Positions 28,279 through 38,497 of a DNA stretch of 64,000 bases are shown one piece after another; positions within the stretch are counted from its first letter, which is position 1, and each line of letters begins with the position of its first letter. The notes under the pieces are model-generated. The model saw nothing but the letters and a program-made list of their open reading frames with translations, did no database searches and was not told the origin of the DNA. The translations under genes and the position numbers were made by a program. The stretch is from positions 11,725 to 75,724 of the forward strand of contig JAHYJW010000002.1 of the NCBI GenBank assembly GCA_019428815.1, in the 5' to 3' direction. This stretch comes from Patescibacteria group bacterium (GTDB lineage Archaea; Nanobdellota; Nanobdellia; Pacearchaeales; GW2011-AR1).

Positions 28279-29617
28279 TTTTATTTCTCCTATTATTAGG
28301 GTGATAACTTAACCTAATTCCCCCATAAGCTCCACTTTCCCCATGATCTTTCATCCAATTATATCCACCTGTAAGGCCTAAACTAAGATCATTTAGAATA
28401 GGAAAATTTATGCTTGAATTAACATTGTAAGACTTTGATTTCTGATTTTTTGAGTTTTCATTTTCTTTGATAATCTCTCCAGATGATGAAACTATACTCT
28501 CTTTAACATGATTAGTTGATGTCCATTGATTAACTCCTGCTCCTACAGAAAGATATCTAGATATATCAATCTCCCCTCCAACACCAACAGATCTAAAGTT
28601 TGAGTTATATTCCTCTCCAACACCCAATATTCCTTCTGAAAGAGGAACAGAAATTTCCCTTACTTTTTGATCTCCAGCTTCAGAAGAATTAACCACAAAA
28701 GAAACAGGACCATATCCAACTCCTGCTTCTATCCTTCTAAAACCATTTTTACCTGCAGAAAGACCTCCAAAGATTTTAGCCCCATAAGAAGATTTAATCT
28801 TTTTTGGAACTGGTTGGCCTTTTTGTGATCCTTCCGGTTCATAACTTTTTAAGGAATCTGATTGAGCTTCTCTTAGAGTATCTTTTTCTCCACCATTATT
28901 CTCATATGGGGAAAAACTAAAATCTTCATTTTTAGAAGTTTTTCTATCCAAACAGTCCAAAGGGAATATTAAAGGCCTTCTTCTATCAGGCGTCGGTTTT
29001 AATCTTAGAGAGATGTCATCTAGGGAATCAATAATTTTTTTATCTAGATAATCACCGCCTTCAGGAGTTTTCCAGTTAAGATAAACTACAACAGGAACGC
29101 TATCTGTATTACTTTTTGCTATGAACATATATGGCCCTTCTTGGATATTCTTCATATCATCTTTAGAGATAGGGCTTCCATTATACAAGAGTTTTTCTAA
29201 ATTATTTAAAGAATTTTTATCGCTTTCAGGTATTTCATTGATTAATCTTTCATAATGATTAATTGTAGCAATTGCTTTCTTCTTTGAAAGAGAATCTAAA
29301 GAGTTTAGGTCTTTTTTTAAATAGTTAATAACATCTCTTAAACCTTCTTTAGCATCCCCAATACTCCAATTGATATCCCCTTCGAGGGGTTTTAATTTAA
29401 ATTTATTTAGATATTCAGAAAGAGAAGTTTCAGAATCTGGGTTTAAGTACATATCAAAACCAAAATCTTTTAAGATTACTCCATCTCCAGAAACAGAGAG
29501 TCTTGAATCTTCAGAATATACTCTGTTATTCTTTTTGGTGTTAGTAGCAAAGTTAACATTTGGTGAACCTAACAAGAATGCAATTGTTGCCCCAGCTAAA
29601 ATCTTTTTGAGTGTCAT
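28268..29617 (-). CDS. Secreted hypothetical protein with beta-barrel-like C-terminus
   Basis: Signal peptide; C-terminal amphipathic Gly/aromatic strands. Confidence 0.6.
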   Translation of the reverse strand: MTLKKILAGATIAFLLGSPNVNFATNTKKNNRVYSEDSRLSVSGDGVILKDFGFDMYLNPDSETSLSEYLNKFKLKPLEGDINWSIGDAKEGLRDVINYLKKDLNSLDSLSKKKAIATINHYERLINEIPESDKNSLNNLEKLLYNGSPISKDDMKNIQEGPYMFIAKSNTDSVPVVVYLNWKTPEGGDYLDKKIIDSLDDISLRLKPTPDRRRPLIFPLDCLDRKTSKNEDFSFSPYENNGGEKDTLREAQSDSLKSYEPEGSQKGQPVPKKIKSSYGAKIFGGLSAGKNGFRRIEAGVGYGPVSFVVNSSEAGDQKVREISVPLSEGILGVGEEYNSNFRSVGVGGEIDISRYLSVGAGVNQWTSTNHVKESIVSSSGEIIKENENSKNQKSKSYNVNSSINFPILNDLSLGLTGGYNWMKDHGESGAYGGIRLSYHPNNRRNKNEK

Positions 29618-29741
29618 TTTAGATTATTTTTTTATTAATTCCTGAGTTTATAAATCTTTCTAATTTGTTGTTACTTTATAATTATTACTAAAATGACACT
29701 ACTCTTGGATTATATCTTAAAAATTGAATCAAGCCATTCAA

Positions 29742-30653
29742 TCACTTAAAACCCAATTTTAAATTTTCTGGCCGGAGTATTTTTACCGGAAAGGCTTCTT
29801 CTAACTCTTTCAAGAAATCTTTGAATAAATTTGGTTTAGAAGTTGCTTTTATATCTTCAATAACTTCTCTAGCTTTTTGTTCTCCTTTTTTGATTATCCT
29901 TTGAGAATCTGAGAAGTCTAATGCACTCACATCTTCTAAATTTACATTTATAAGAAAATCAATCTCATCTCCAATCAAGTCTGCTGTACTTAACTCTGAA
30001 GTAAAAATTTGTAAAGATTTGGCAGCACATGCTAAAATGTTTGGGACAGTTGTTTTTTTATCTCTTTCATTAGAGACTGCTTCTTCATTCAAGATTGGTT
30101 CTCTAATTCTTCTTTTATTAACATTTACTGCTATAATTATGTCTGCCTTTTCTTTCAAAATTTCTGTGGGAACAGGATCAACTATCCCCCCATCTACTAA
30201 GACTCTCCCTTTATTTGAAACAGGGGCAAATAAAGCCGGAATTGAGATACTAGCCCTTATTGCTTTTACTACATCTCCTTTAGTGAACACAATTTCCCTT
30301 TTACTTTCGATATCAAATGCTGTTATAAAAAGAGGAATTGTCAAATCGTCAAAAGTAATATTCCCCAACTTACTTCTAAGAAATTTTTCTATTTTATTTG
30401 ATTTCATTAACCCTTTTACCGGAAAATGATAACTAAAAAGGTCTTTCCAATTAATGTCTAGAACTTCTCTCTCTAGTTTTTTTATATTAAGTTCTGCAGA
30501 ATAAAAAGCTCCGATTACAGCCCCCATACTTGTTCCGGCTATATAATCTATAGGGATATGATTTTCTTGTAAAACTTTTAGAACTCCAATATGTGCTAAT
30601 CCTCTTGCACCCCCTCCACTTAAAGCAATACCCACTTTTTTTCTCTTTTTCAT
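29742..30653 (-). CDS. Patatin-like phospholipase (RssA type)
   Basis: GGGARG, GTSMG, DGG. Confidence 0.93.
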   Translation of the reverse strand: MKKRKKVGIALSGGGARGLAHIGVLKVLQENHIPIDYIAGTSMGAVIGAFYSAELNIKKLEREVLDINWKDLFSYHFPVKGLMKSNKIEKFLRSKLGNITFDDLTIPLFITAFDIESKREIVFTKGDVVKAIRASISIPALFAPVSNKGRVLVDGGIVDPVPTEILKEKADIIIAVNVNKRRIREPILNEEAVSNERDKKTTVPNILACAAKSLQIFTSELSTADLIGDEIDFLINVNLEDVSALDFSDSQRIIKKGEQKAREVIEDIKATSKPNLFKDFLKELEEAFPVKILRPENLKLGFK

Positions 30654-30772
30654 ATCTTTCAGAAAAGTATACGAACTTTAAATAACTTCCCCGAAAATAA
30701 AAAATAAAAAATCTTACTAGCTTGAACAATAAAACAAAAAAAGAGAATTCGAATTAAATCTTAAAAATTAAA

Positions 30773-31354
30773 TTAATTTTTTTCTAAATTATTTGTTTTT
30801 TTGTAGATAAATATAACCAACAAAAATTCAGTGAGTATAATCAAAGGCATTGTTCTACCTAAAAATTCCAAAGCCATAATTGTAGTTATCAACAATGAAA
30901 CAAGACTCGCGCTTAATAAAGAATATTTGATTATTTTATCTGAGATTTTTATAAAAGCAAGTGTTAATGCAAAAATAAAAGTAAAAATCATTCGGCCCAG
31001 ATTAATTCTGTTATTATAACTCTTTATTTCAGAAAGGAAATCCCGATAACAATAACTACATTCTACTTCACAATCCTTTTTGTAAATCAGGTTACCTTCA
31101 TTCTGTAAACATTCTGTTATGAATCCTTCATCATAAGAACAGTTTAACTCTTCTAAGGAAGAAGTTTGGACATAAGGGGTAGAATAATCTTTAAAATAAG
31201 GATAGTCCCCAAAAGAACAATTATCTTCAGGCCGTTCTAAGAAAAGCCTTTCGATTGTAAAAACAAAACTTATAAACAAAGCAAAGATTAAAGCAAACAT
31301 TACAATGCTATAAATTGTTTTGTCTAATCCCCTCTTTTTATTTTCTTTAACCAT
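30773..31354 (-). CDS. Hypothetical membrane protein with Cys-rich extracellular loop
   Basis: One plus three TM helices; six Cys in the loop. Confidence 0.65.
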   Translation of the reverse strand: MVKENKKRGLDKTIYSIVMFALIFALFISFVFTIERLFLERPEDNCSFGDYPYFKDYSTPYVQTSSLEELNCSYDEGFITECLQNEGNLIYKKDCEVECSYCYRDFLSEIKSYNNRINLGRMIFTFIFALTLAFIKISDKIIKYSLLSASLVSLLITTIMALEFLGRTMPLIILTEFLLVIFIYKKTNNLEKN

Positions 31355-31383
31355 TTTTTAAACTTATTTATTCCTAAAAAGAA

Positions 31384-31562
31384 TCCCTCCGCCCAGATTC
31401 GAACTGGGGGTCTCCCGGGTTCTGCTTTTAAAAAAACTTGAAAAATGAATCTTCAAGGGATTTTTTATTACTGGCTTTTGGGGTTTCATAGTTATCATAA
31501 TTGAATCTCCACCTTAGGTAAAAACCTACAGCCAGGCGCTTTAACCACTAAGCTACGGAGGG
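31384..31562 (-). tRNA. tRNA-Tyr(GTA) with 106-nt intron (31420-31525)
   Basis: Acceptor CCCTCCG/CGGAGGG-A (C1-G72, A73); anticodon arm CCTGG-CTGTAGC-CCGGG; BHB helix CTGT/GCAG with bulges AGG and AAC. Confidence 0.92.
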
Positions 31563-31697
31563 ATTTTCATTTAGTCTGAAGAGGCATAAAGTAACTGACC
31601 TTCAAGACCTTGAATTAGATAAATGAATTGATTTTAAAACCTTTTTGTTTATACTTTTAGAAATAATTTCTTTTAATAGTACCCGTCGTTTTATTTT

Positions 31698-32024
31698 TCA
31701 AAATTTAATTAATTTTAAGACATTAAGAATTAAAATCATATAAATAAAAAGTGCTAAGATAAAAGAAGTAATAAAAGCAGGAATTATACCTATTATACCA
31801 GATAAATAGTTCATTACTACAAAAATTATAAATGAAGAAACTAAAAAAACTAAAATAATCTTAATCAATAAAAGAAGTGTTATTTTAGACTTATGCTTTA
31901 TATGCTCTCTTAAGGTTCTTTTCTTTTTTTTATTGATTTCTTTTTTATTTTTTTTAATGTTTCCCCCCTCATTTTTTTTAGTCTTCTTTGTCTCTTTATT
32001 CTTATTCTTTTTTTTATCTTGCAT
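31698..32024 (-). CDS. Small membrane protein with Lys-rich N-terminus
   Basis: Basic N-terminus plus two TM helices. Confidence 0.6.
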   Translation of the reverse strand: MQDKKKNKNKETKKTKKNEGGNIKKNKKEINKKKKRTLREHIKHKSKITLLLLIKIILVFLVSSFIIFVVMNYLSGIIGIIPAFITSFILALFIYMILILNVLKLIKF

Positions 32025-32120
32025 TTAATAAAGAATATTTAATTCCTTTTAAATTTTTTTAATGAGAAGCGGGAATAAAAATAGGGTTTTATTTTTTAAG
32101 AATTAAGGCCGAGGGGAAAT

Positions 32121-33545
32121 TTATTCTCCTTCTTCTTTGCCTCTTTGTTCAACAACAAAAAACGCCATATTAGATTCTGCTTCATGTATTTTTCCACTTT
32201 TTTCATATATTGCTGTCGCTGTAGGGAATGCAAATTTTCCTAATACGCCTACCTTAGAATAAACCACATATGAAAGAACTCTTTTTTCACCTTCTTCTAA
32301 TTTTTCAAAATTCCATTCTAATCTTCTGTTTTTCTTGTCAACCTTAGAAGGGTTTTCTCCTCCGAATCTTTCATAAATCTCAACTAAAGGCGGAAGCTTA
32401 TCAACGATATTAATTCTTTCTGCAAATTTTCTAGCAGTTACCAGAATAGATACCTTAATAGCAAATTCCCCCCCTTTAGATTTTATAAAAGAAACTTTCT
32501 TTTTAAGGATTATATTCGTCTTAAGATATTGACTTGCCAAAAAAACAATAAGACAAATAAAGAATATTATGATAAAGGGGAAAAACCAATTGGTTCTTAC
32601 TAAAATTTGATAATTTTCACCAGGTTTTATTTCACTTATCCAGGTATAATAAACAGCAGTACCTTCTCTTTCTACTGCGAAAGGTTCTGGATTAAAGGTA
32701 GTAAACAATCGAGAAATAATATTCTTTCTTAAAACAGTTTCAGAAGTTTCGATCATATTTCCCTCGTTATTTTTTTCAATTATTTGAGTGGTTACGAAAA
32801 CACCAAATTCTGTTTTTGATGTTGTCACAATATTTTTTTCTGCAAATCTTATTACATCCTCGATGATTGTTTCCTTATCCCATACTTCAATTTCTGCTTT
32901 AAGAGTATAAAATCCCGCTGTTAAATCTTTAAAATCTTCTTTATCTAAGGGAATTAAAAAGGTTACATTTTCTTTTGGTCCAATATCAAAAGTTTTTTCA
33001 GTATTAAAAAAGGGTGATGAAAAAGTTGCGTCAATTTCCCCAAAATCAATATTTTCATTGTTAATAATAAAAATTTCAACAGATTCTGACTCTGGATCAA
33101 TTTCTCCAGAACCTATGCTAAACGTACTATTTAATTTTGTAATTTTAAAAGTAAAACTTTCTTCAATACTCTCACTGTTATCTTTGATTATATAATAAGT
33201 TAGAGTATAATATCCTTTTTCAGGAAGATTTCCCAAAGGAATAACTTCTAAGGTAATTCTTTTAGTTTCGTTCCTTTCAATGTAAATACCCTCAGAAGGA
33301 TAAATTAAAAATCCAATTAGATTATAAAATTCAAAGGAACCAGATCTTCCAAGATTGGTTATTTCTAAATCCAGAAAGAGAGAATTTTTTAAATCGTGAA
33401 TATAGACTTCGTCATTACTTTTTTTTTGTAAATCAATATCCAAGGCAGAAAAAAGAGGCAGAGTGGATAAAAAAGAAAAGAGTATAACTAAAAAAAAGAG
33501 CTTAAATTTTAATTTTTGATTCTTTTTGTCGATTAAGTTTTTCAT
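32121..33545 (-). CDS. Hypothetical membrane/surface protein with Ig-like beta domains
   Basis: Signal peptide, beta-rich domains, internal TM, C-terminal DUF11-like pattern. Confidence 0.65.
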   Translation of the reverse strand: MKNLIDKKNQKLKFKLFFLVILFSFLSTLPLFSALDIDLQKKSNDEVYIHDLKNSLFLDLEITNLGRSGSFEFYNLIGFLIYPSEGIYIERNETKRITLEVIPLGNLPEKGYYTLTYYIIKDNSESIEESFTFKITKLNSTFSIGSGEIDPESESVEIFIINNENIDFGEIDATFSSPFFNTEKTFDIGPKENVTFLIPLDKEDFKDLTAGFYTLKAEIEVWDKETIIEDVIRFAEKNIVTTSKTEFGVFVTTQIIEKNNEGNMIETSETVLRKNIISRLFTTFNPEPFAVEREGTAVYYTWISEIKPGENYQILVRTNWFFPFIIIFFICLIVFLASQYLKTNIILKKKVSFIKSKGGEFAIKVSILVTARKFAERINIVDKLPPLVEIYERFGGENPSKVDKKNRRLEWNFEKLEEGEKRVLSYVVYSKVGVLGKFAFPTATAIYEKSGKIHEAESNMAFFVVEQRGKEEGE

Positions 33546-33601
33546 ATAAAAAGTTATGGAAAAATTCTATTTAAGGATTTCGGTATTTTTTAAAGGGATT
33601 C

Positions 33602-34108
33602 CTATTTTTTCCCTTCTAAGTCTAAATAAGCCTTTGCTTGACCTAAAAATTCGTCGCATAATTCTGCCAATTTGTTATCATATTCCTCCACTCTTGAAGT
33701 TATGACCCATTTTTCATAGATACCCCTAAGAAATTTATTAAAGGCAGACATCTCGAATTTACCCTGATAATCCCTTACAAGGTCCCCTTTTATAGAGACT
33801 TTTAAAGAACCTTTATTCATTCTGATCTTTGCTTGCCCTTGCATAATCTCTACTTCCTGTAACCTCTTTATTTCAAATTTAACCTTTATCTCAAATCGAA
33901 AATAATCTGTAATATTCCTTAATCCAACCCATTGGATAAGCAATTCTTTCTCATTATCTTTTATTTTTTCTTCATATTTTTCTTCTATTAATTGTTCAAA
34001 CCCTTTATCCTGGTTTAACCATTCATAACAAAATTTGTAAAAATCTTTAAATGAAAATAATCCATCATACTTAATCGTGCTCGAGAATATTGTCTCTTTT
34101 TCAACCAT
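33602..34108 (-). CDS. Hypothetical protein
   Basis: 168-aa ORF with an upstream TTTAAATA box. Confidence 0.7.
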   Translation of the reverse strand: MVEKETIFSSTIKYDGLFSFKDFYKFCYEWLNQDKGFEQLIEEKYEEKIKDNEKELLIQWVGLRNITDYFRFEIKVKFEIKRLQEVEIMQGQAKIRMNKGSLKVSIKGDLVRDYQGKFEMSAFNKFLRGIYEKWVITSRVEEYDNKLAELCDEFLGQAKAYLDLEGKK

Positions 34109-34203
34109 ATTTTTTATAACAGAAATATATTTAAATAACCTTCGGATGCCATTTTTAGAAGAGGCTATGTGATAAAATTTAAAGAAAAAATAAAAAACCT
34201 CTC

Positions 34204-34857
34204 ATGATGCTATCTAAAAATTTAATAGAAGATTTAGGATTAAAAGAAAAATATGGAAGAATTTTCAGAGGAGAATTTGAAAAAGATCCTTTATATGAAG
34301 AAATCCTTGAGGTGGGAAAAAGAAATTCTGAAGAAGGATTATGGATTTTAGGGGGCTATGTTTATAGAACAATAATTGACCATATCTATCACTCAGATAC
34401 TAAAAAAGAACAAGTAGATATTGATTTTCTTACACAAAGAATGTCAGAAGAGCGGTATGTTCCGGAGGGATGGAAAAGTGGAAAAACAGATTTTGGAGAC
34501 CCTTGTATGATGAAAGGGAAGTATAAAATAGACATTAATGATATGAACACCTTCCATAGCATCACTTCAAATGAATGCGAAGCCACAATAGAAAACATTT
34601 TAAGAAATTCACCCTTAACAATCCAATCAATTGCCTGGGATTTAGAAAAGAAGAAACTTTTAGGGAATAGAGGAATTCTAGCGATACTCTACAAAACAGT
34701 AGGAGTTAATAATCTTTCTGAAGCAGAATATGAATCTAAAAGAAAAGGGCTCTTTTTAGAAGATTTAGTATCCTTCAAAGCGCAACAGTTAGGTTTTAAA
34801 CCTCAAGGAGTTAAAAGAGCCCAGATTTTAGGTCTAATTAAAGAACTTTTTTTGTAA
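34204..34857 (+). CDS. Stand-alone class II nucleotidyltransferase head domain (PAP/CCA-like)
   Basis: WILGGYVYR...DIDF, later LTIQSIAWD resembling the DFTINA motif. Confidence 0.6.
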   Translation: MMLSKNLIEDLGLKEKYGRIFRGEFEKDPLYEEILEVGKRNSEEGLWILGGYVYRTIIDHIYHSDTKKEQVDIDFLTQRMSEERYVPEGWKSGKTDFGDPCMMKGKYKIDINDMNTFHSITSNECEATIENILRNSPLTIQSIAWDLEKKKLLGNRGILAILYKTVGVNNLSEAEYESKRKGLFLEDLVSFKAQQLGFKPQGVKRAQILGLIKELFL

Positions 34858-34927
34858 ATTCTCAGTCTTCTTTTATCAATCCCTAATTTCCACCTATTAA
34901 TTTCTAAGATACCTCTTTCTGATAGAA

Positions 34928-35491
34928 TTATATAGAATCTAAACAAGATGCACAAACTAAAGTCCCATTACTTTTATACAATGGTGCTCTTTGCCCACAT
35001 TCATTACAGATTCCATCTCTTACACTAACTTTAACATAAGAGTCTGTATCCTTAAGTCTCTTAATTTTCTCTTCTTCTTCTCTAATGAATTCTATTTCTT
35101 TTAGATTAGAATAAACTTCTGGATGCATGCTTAGAATATCTTTTAATGTTAACAAACCCATTAATTTTCCTTCTTTAACAACTGGAAGTCGATAAAAATG
35201 ATTTTTATTTATTTTACTTATTGCTTCAGAAATCTTTGCAGAAGGTTTTAGGGTAATTAACTTTTTAGGAGAAACATCCTTAGCTTTAACCTTAGAAAGA
35301 TCAGATTTTTTAACTATTGCCCAGAGTATATCTTTTTGACTAACTATCCCCTTAAGTTTTCCTTTTTCTACTAAAACAAGACTTCCAATCCTTTTTTTTA
35401 TCATCTTTTTTGCACAAGAAAGAAGGCTTTCATTAGGTTTAGCAGTGATTGGATTACGAGTCATTATGTCTGAAACAGTTCTTTCTACCAT
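34928..35491 (-). CDS. CBS-pair protein with C-terminal zinc ribbon
   Basis: VSDIMT..PI, RLPVV..GKL.G; CNECG...CASC. Confidence 0.9.
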   Translation of the reverse strand: MVERTVSDIMTRNPITAKPNESLLSCAKKMIKKRIGSLVLVEKGKLKGIVSQKDILWAIVKKSDLSKVKAKDVSPKKLITLKPSAKISEAISKINKNHFYRLPVVKEGKLMGLLTLKDILSMHPEVYSNLKEIEFIREEEEKIKRLKDTDSYVKVSVRDGICNECGQRAPLYKSNGTLVCASCLDSI

Positions 35492-35619
35492 GTTTATAAA
35501 AGTCTTTAAAGTCTTATAAATCTTCTGAAAGTAAACCTTATTTTCATATTTAGGGGAATTTTGTTAAATAGCTCTGAATAGTTTACAACAATAATGTTTA
35601 AATAACTCTAAAAAAAACA

Positions 35620-37260
35620 ATGGATATGCCTGAAAAACCAATCGTTTTAATGCCTGAAGATGTACAAAGAATTCTTGGAAAAGATGCGCAAAGAAATAAT
35701 ATAATGGCTGCAAAAATGGTCTCTGAAATAGTTAAAACTACTTTAGGCCCAAAAGGAATGGATAAGATGTTAGTTTCTCCAACAAATGACATTATCATTA
35801 CAAATGACGGAGTTACAATACTTGAAGAAATGCAAATAGAACATCCAGCTGCAAAAATGATGGTTGAAATTGCAAAAACCCAAGAAAGTGAGGTTGGAGA
35901 TGGAACTACAACTGCAGTTATGATTGCAGGTAAATTACTTGAAAATGCTGAAAAACTTCTTGATAAAAAAATACACCCAACTGTGATTACAAAAGGATAC
36001 AGAATTGCAGCTGATAAATCTCAAGAAATTCTTTTAGATTTAGCTTTGAAAATAACCCCCAATGATGAAAAAATACTAAAACAAATTGCAATGACTGCTA
36101 TGACAGGTAAGGGTGCAGAAGACGCCAAAGAAAAACTCTCAGAGATAATTGTCCAAGCAATTAAACAAGTAGAGAATAATGGGCAATTAGATTTAAAGGA
36201 TATAAAAATTGACTCATCAAAAGGATTAGGGATAAAAGATACAGAGATAATTCAAGGAATAGTAATTGATAAAGAAAGGGCTTCTTATGATATGCCTAAT
36301 TTTATTTTAGATGCAAAAATAGCTTTAGTTGATTTTCCTCTTGAAATAAAAAACCCCGAGATAGATACAAAAATTTCAATAAATTCTCCCGACCAACTTC
36401 AAAGTTTTGTGATAGAAGAGGAAAGAAGTATAAAAGAAATGATTGAAAAAGTAAAACTTTCTGGAGCTAATGTTATCTTTTGTCAAAAGGGGATTGATGA
36501 TTTTGCAAGATATTTACTTTCAAAAGAGAAAATTTATGCTTGTCGAAGAGTTTCCAGAAGTGATTTAGAAAAAATCTCTAAAGCAACTGGAGGTAGGATT
36601 ATAAGTAACCTAAATGAATTAACTCCTTTTGAGCTAGGAAATGCAAAAAAAGTTGAAGAGATTAAACAGGGAGAAGATACCTTCACTTACATAAGAGGAT
36701 GTCAAAATCCTAAATCTCTAACAATTTTAATTCATGGGGGAACAGACCATGTCATTGAAGAAGTTAAAAGAGCAATAAAGGATGGTTTAGGAGATGTAGC
36801 ATGTGTCTTAAAATCTGGATTAGTTGTTCCCGGAGGGGGAGCAATTGAGATGGAACTTTCAAAAAGACTTAGAGAATTTTCACAGGGATTGACTGGAAGA
36901 GAACAACTTGCCATAGAAGAATTTGCTTCTGCACTTGAGTTTTTACCTGCAACTCTTGCAGAAAACGCAGGAATAGATCCCATAGATATTTTGACTGAAT
37001 TAAAGTCCCGACATGATTCTGGAGAAAAAAATGCGGGATTGAACCTATTCACAAATAGAATTGAAAACGTTTTAGAATCTCGTATAATAGAACCCTTAAA
37101 AATAAAAAGCCAGGCCATAAATTCTGCTAGCGATGTTGCCATAATGATTCTAAGAATTGATGACATAATCTCTGCAGTGGGTAAAAAAAATTCTTTAGGA
37201 ATAAAAGGGACCAACCCTATGATGGGCAAGGGAGGATTCCCAGATTATGGAGACTTTTAA
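35620..37260 (+). CDS. Thermosome subunit (group II chaperonin)
   Basis: [34 protein letters not shown]. Confidence 0.97.
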   Translation: MDMPEKPIVLMPEDVQRILGKDAQRNNIMAAKMVSEIVKTTLGPKGMDKMLVSPTNDIIITNDGVTILEEMQIEHPAAKMMVEIAKTQESEVGDGTTTAVMIAGKLLENAEKLLDKKIHPTVITKGYRIAADKSQEILLDLALKITPNDEKILKQIAMTAMTGKGAEDAKEKLSEIIVQAIKQVENNGQLDLKDIKIDSSKGLGIKDTEIIQGIVIDKERASYDMPNFILDAKIALVDFPLEIKNPEIDTKISINSPDQLQSFVIEEERSIKEMIEKVKLSGANVIFCQKGIDDFARYLLSKEKIYACRRVSRSDLEKISKATGGRIISNLNELTPFELGNAKKVEEIKQGEDTFTYIRGCQNPKSLTILIHGGTDHVIEEVKRAIKDGLGDVACVLKSGLVVPGGGAIEMELSKRLREFSQGLTGREQLAIEEFASALEFLPATLAENAGIDPIDILTELKSRHDSGEKNAGLNLFTNRIENVLESRIIEPLKIKSQAINSASDVAIMILRIDDIISAVGKKNSLGIKGTNPMMGKGGFPDYGDF

Positions 37261-37279
37261 TCAGAGCGTTGATTTTGAC

Positions 37280-37322
37280 TATTTATTCTAAAAAATTTTT
37301 AGATATTTATTCTAAAAAATTT
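37280..37322. repeat. 19-bp direct repeat, two copies, period 24
   Basis: TATTTATTCTAAAAAATTT at 37280 and 37304. Confidence 0.8.
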
Positions 37323-37618
37323 CTTAGGGTTTTTAAAAAAATCTTATCAAGAAAGATTAGATTTAAAGAATTTAAATTAAAAAATATTGAAGAAGCATAC
37401 GGATAAAAAATCTAAATTTTTTAGTCAGTTTAAATTTAATCTTAGGTTTCTTTTTTAGAAATAATTTTATCGAGGGTTAATCTAAAAATTTTATTTGAAG
37501 GAAAGATTGAGATTAATTTAAAAAATCCAAAACATATTTAAATAAGATTTTACTTTGTATACTATAAAAGGAGGTTTAATGCAAAACAAAGTTTTTACTT
37601 TGTTGTTAAAAAGAGAAG

Positions 37619-38128
37619 ATGGTTAAACTAAAAACATTGAATGAAACCTACTTCGCAGATATCCTTAAAGAATTCAATGACGCAGGAGAATTTGTTGGAG
37701 CTAGACAGGATGAAAAACAAGGACTTTTGAATGATTTCGATGAAGCTTGCAAAAGGTTTTTCTTTGGTAAGATTTCAGAGAAAGTCTTAAGTCTCTCAGT
37801 AGCTAAAACAAATAAAGAGTTGCAAAGACTTGATAAAGAAGTAAGAGAAGCTATTTCAAAAGGTAGAAAAAGTGCAGAAAAAGCTTCAAAACTTTTAGGG
37901 GCTCAAGCACCTATCGCATATAGAGCAACAATGTCTGGTATCTCTGGTGGACCTGGAAAAGCTAAGAAGAAAAAGGCTGCTAAGAAGAAAGCGCCTGCAA
38001 AAAAGGTAACTGTGAAAAAGAAAGCGCCTGCAAAAAAGGTAACTGTGAAAAAAAGCGTACCAAAAAAAGCGCAAAAAAAGGTAGTAAAGAAAAAGTCAGT
38101 AAAGAAGGCAGCAGTAAAAAAGAAATAA
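37619..38128 (+). CDS. Helical protein with histone-H1-like Lys/Ala-rich tail
   Basis: KKAPAKKVTVK duplicated at DNA level; very basic C-terminus. Confidence 0.75.
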   Translation: MVKLKTLNETYFADILKEFNDAGEFVGARQDEKQGLLNDFDEACKRFFFGKISEKVLSLSVAKTNKELQRLDKEVREAISKGRKSAEKASKLLGAQAPIAYRATMSGISGGPGKAKKKKAAKKKAPAKKVTVKKKAPAKKVTVKKSVPKKAQKKVVKKKSVKKAAVKKK

Positions 38129-38191
38129 TTTTAATTTAATTTTTTATTTTTTTAGTTTATTTTTAAGTTTTAAAAATCGAAGATTTAATAA

Positions 38192-38401
38192 ATGAATAAA
38201 ATGGCAAAAAAAGAAAATAAACTCTTAAATCTTATTTCTTGGATTACGGGGATAATTGTTTCTCTAGCTTTGGGATTTGCAATGATTGGGGGAACATTAA
38301 GTCTGCCAGTTTGGTTAGGGGGGCATATTTTAGCTGCAATTGCAGGATGGATTCTTGTTATAACAACATTTGTTAGTGTCATCCTAACAATAATCAAATA
38401 A
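38192..38401 (+). CDS. Small 2-TM membrane protein
   Basis: Two hydrophobic helices. Confidence 0.65.
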   Translation: MNKMAKKENKLLNLISWITGIIVSLALGFAMIGGTLSLPVWLGGHILAAIAGWILVITTFVSVILTIIK

Positions 38402-38497
38402 GGAGTTCGTAAAACTTTTATTTTTTAATTAATTTAAAGATTAAGTTATTTAATCTATTAAGAATTAATCCAGAGAAGATTAGTTAGAACTCCTTTA

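Noticed and set aside
31420..31525. Box C/D guide RNA inside the tRNA-Tyr intron
   Set aside because: Only degenerate boxes and no CUGA, so not called as a feature
37261..37560. AT-rich intergenic region with repeats as a CRISPR array or replication origin
   Set aside because: Only two repeat copies with no spacers; no ORB-like G-string and no cdc6/orc1 nearby
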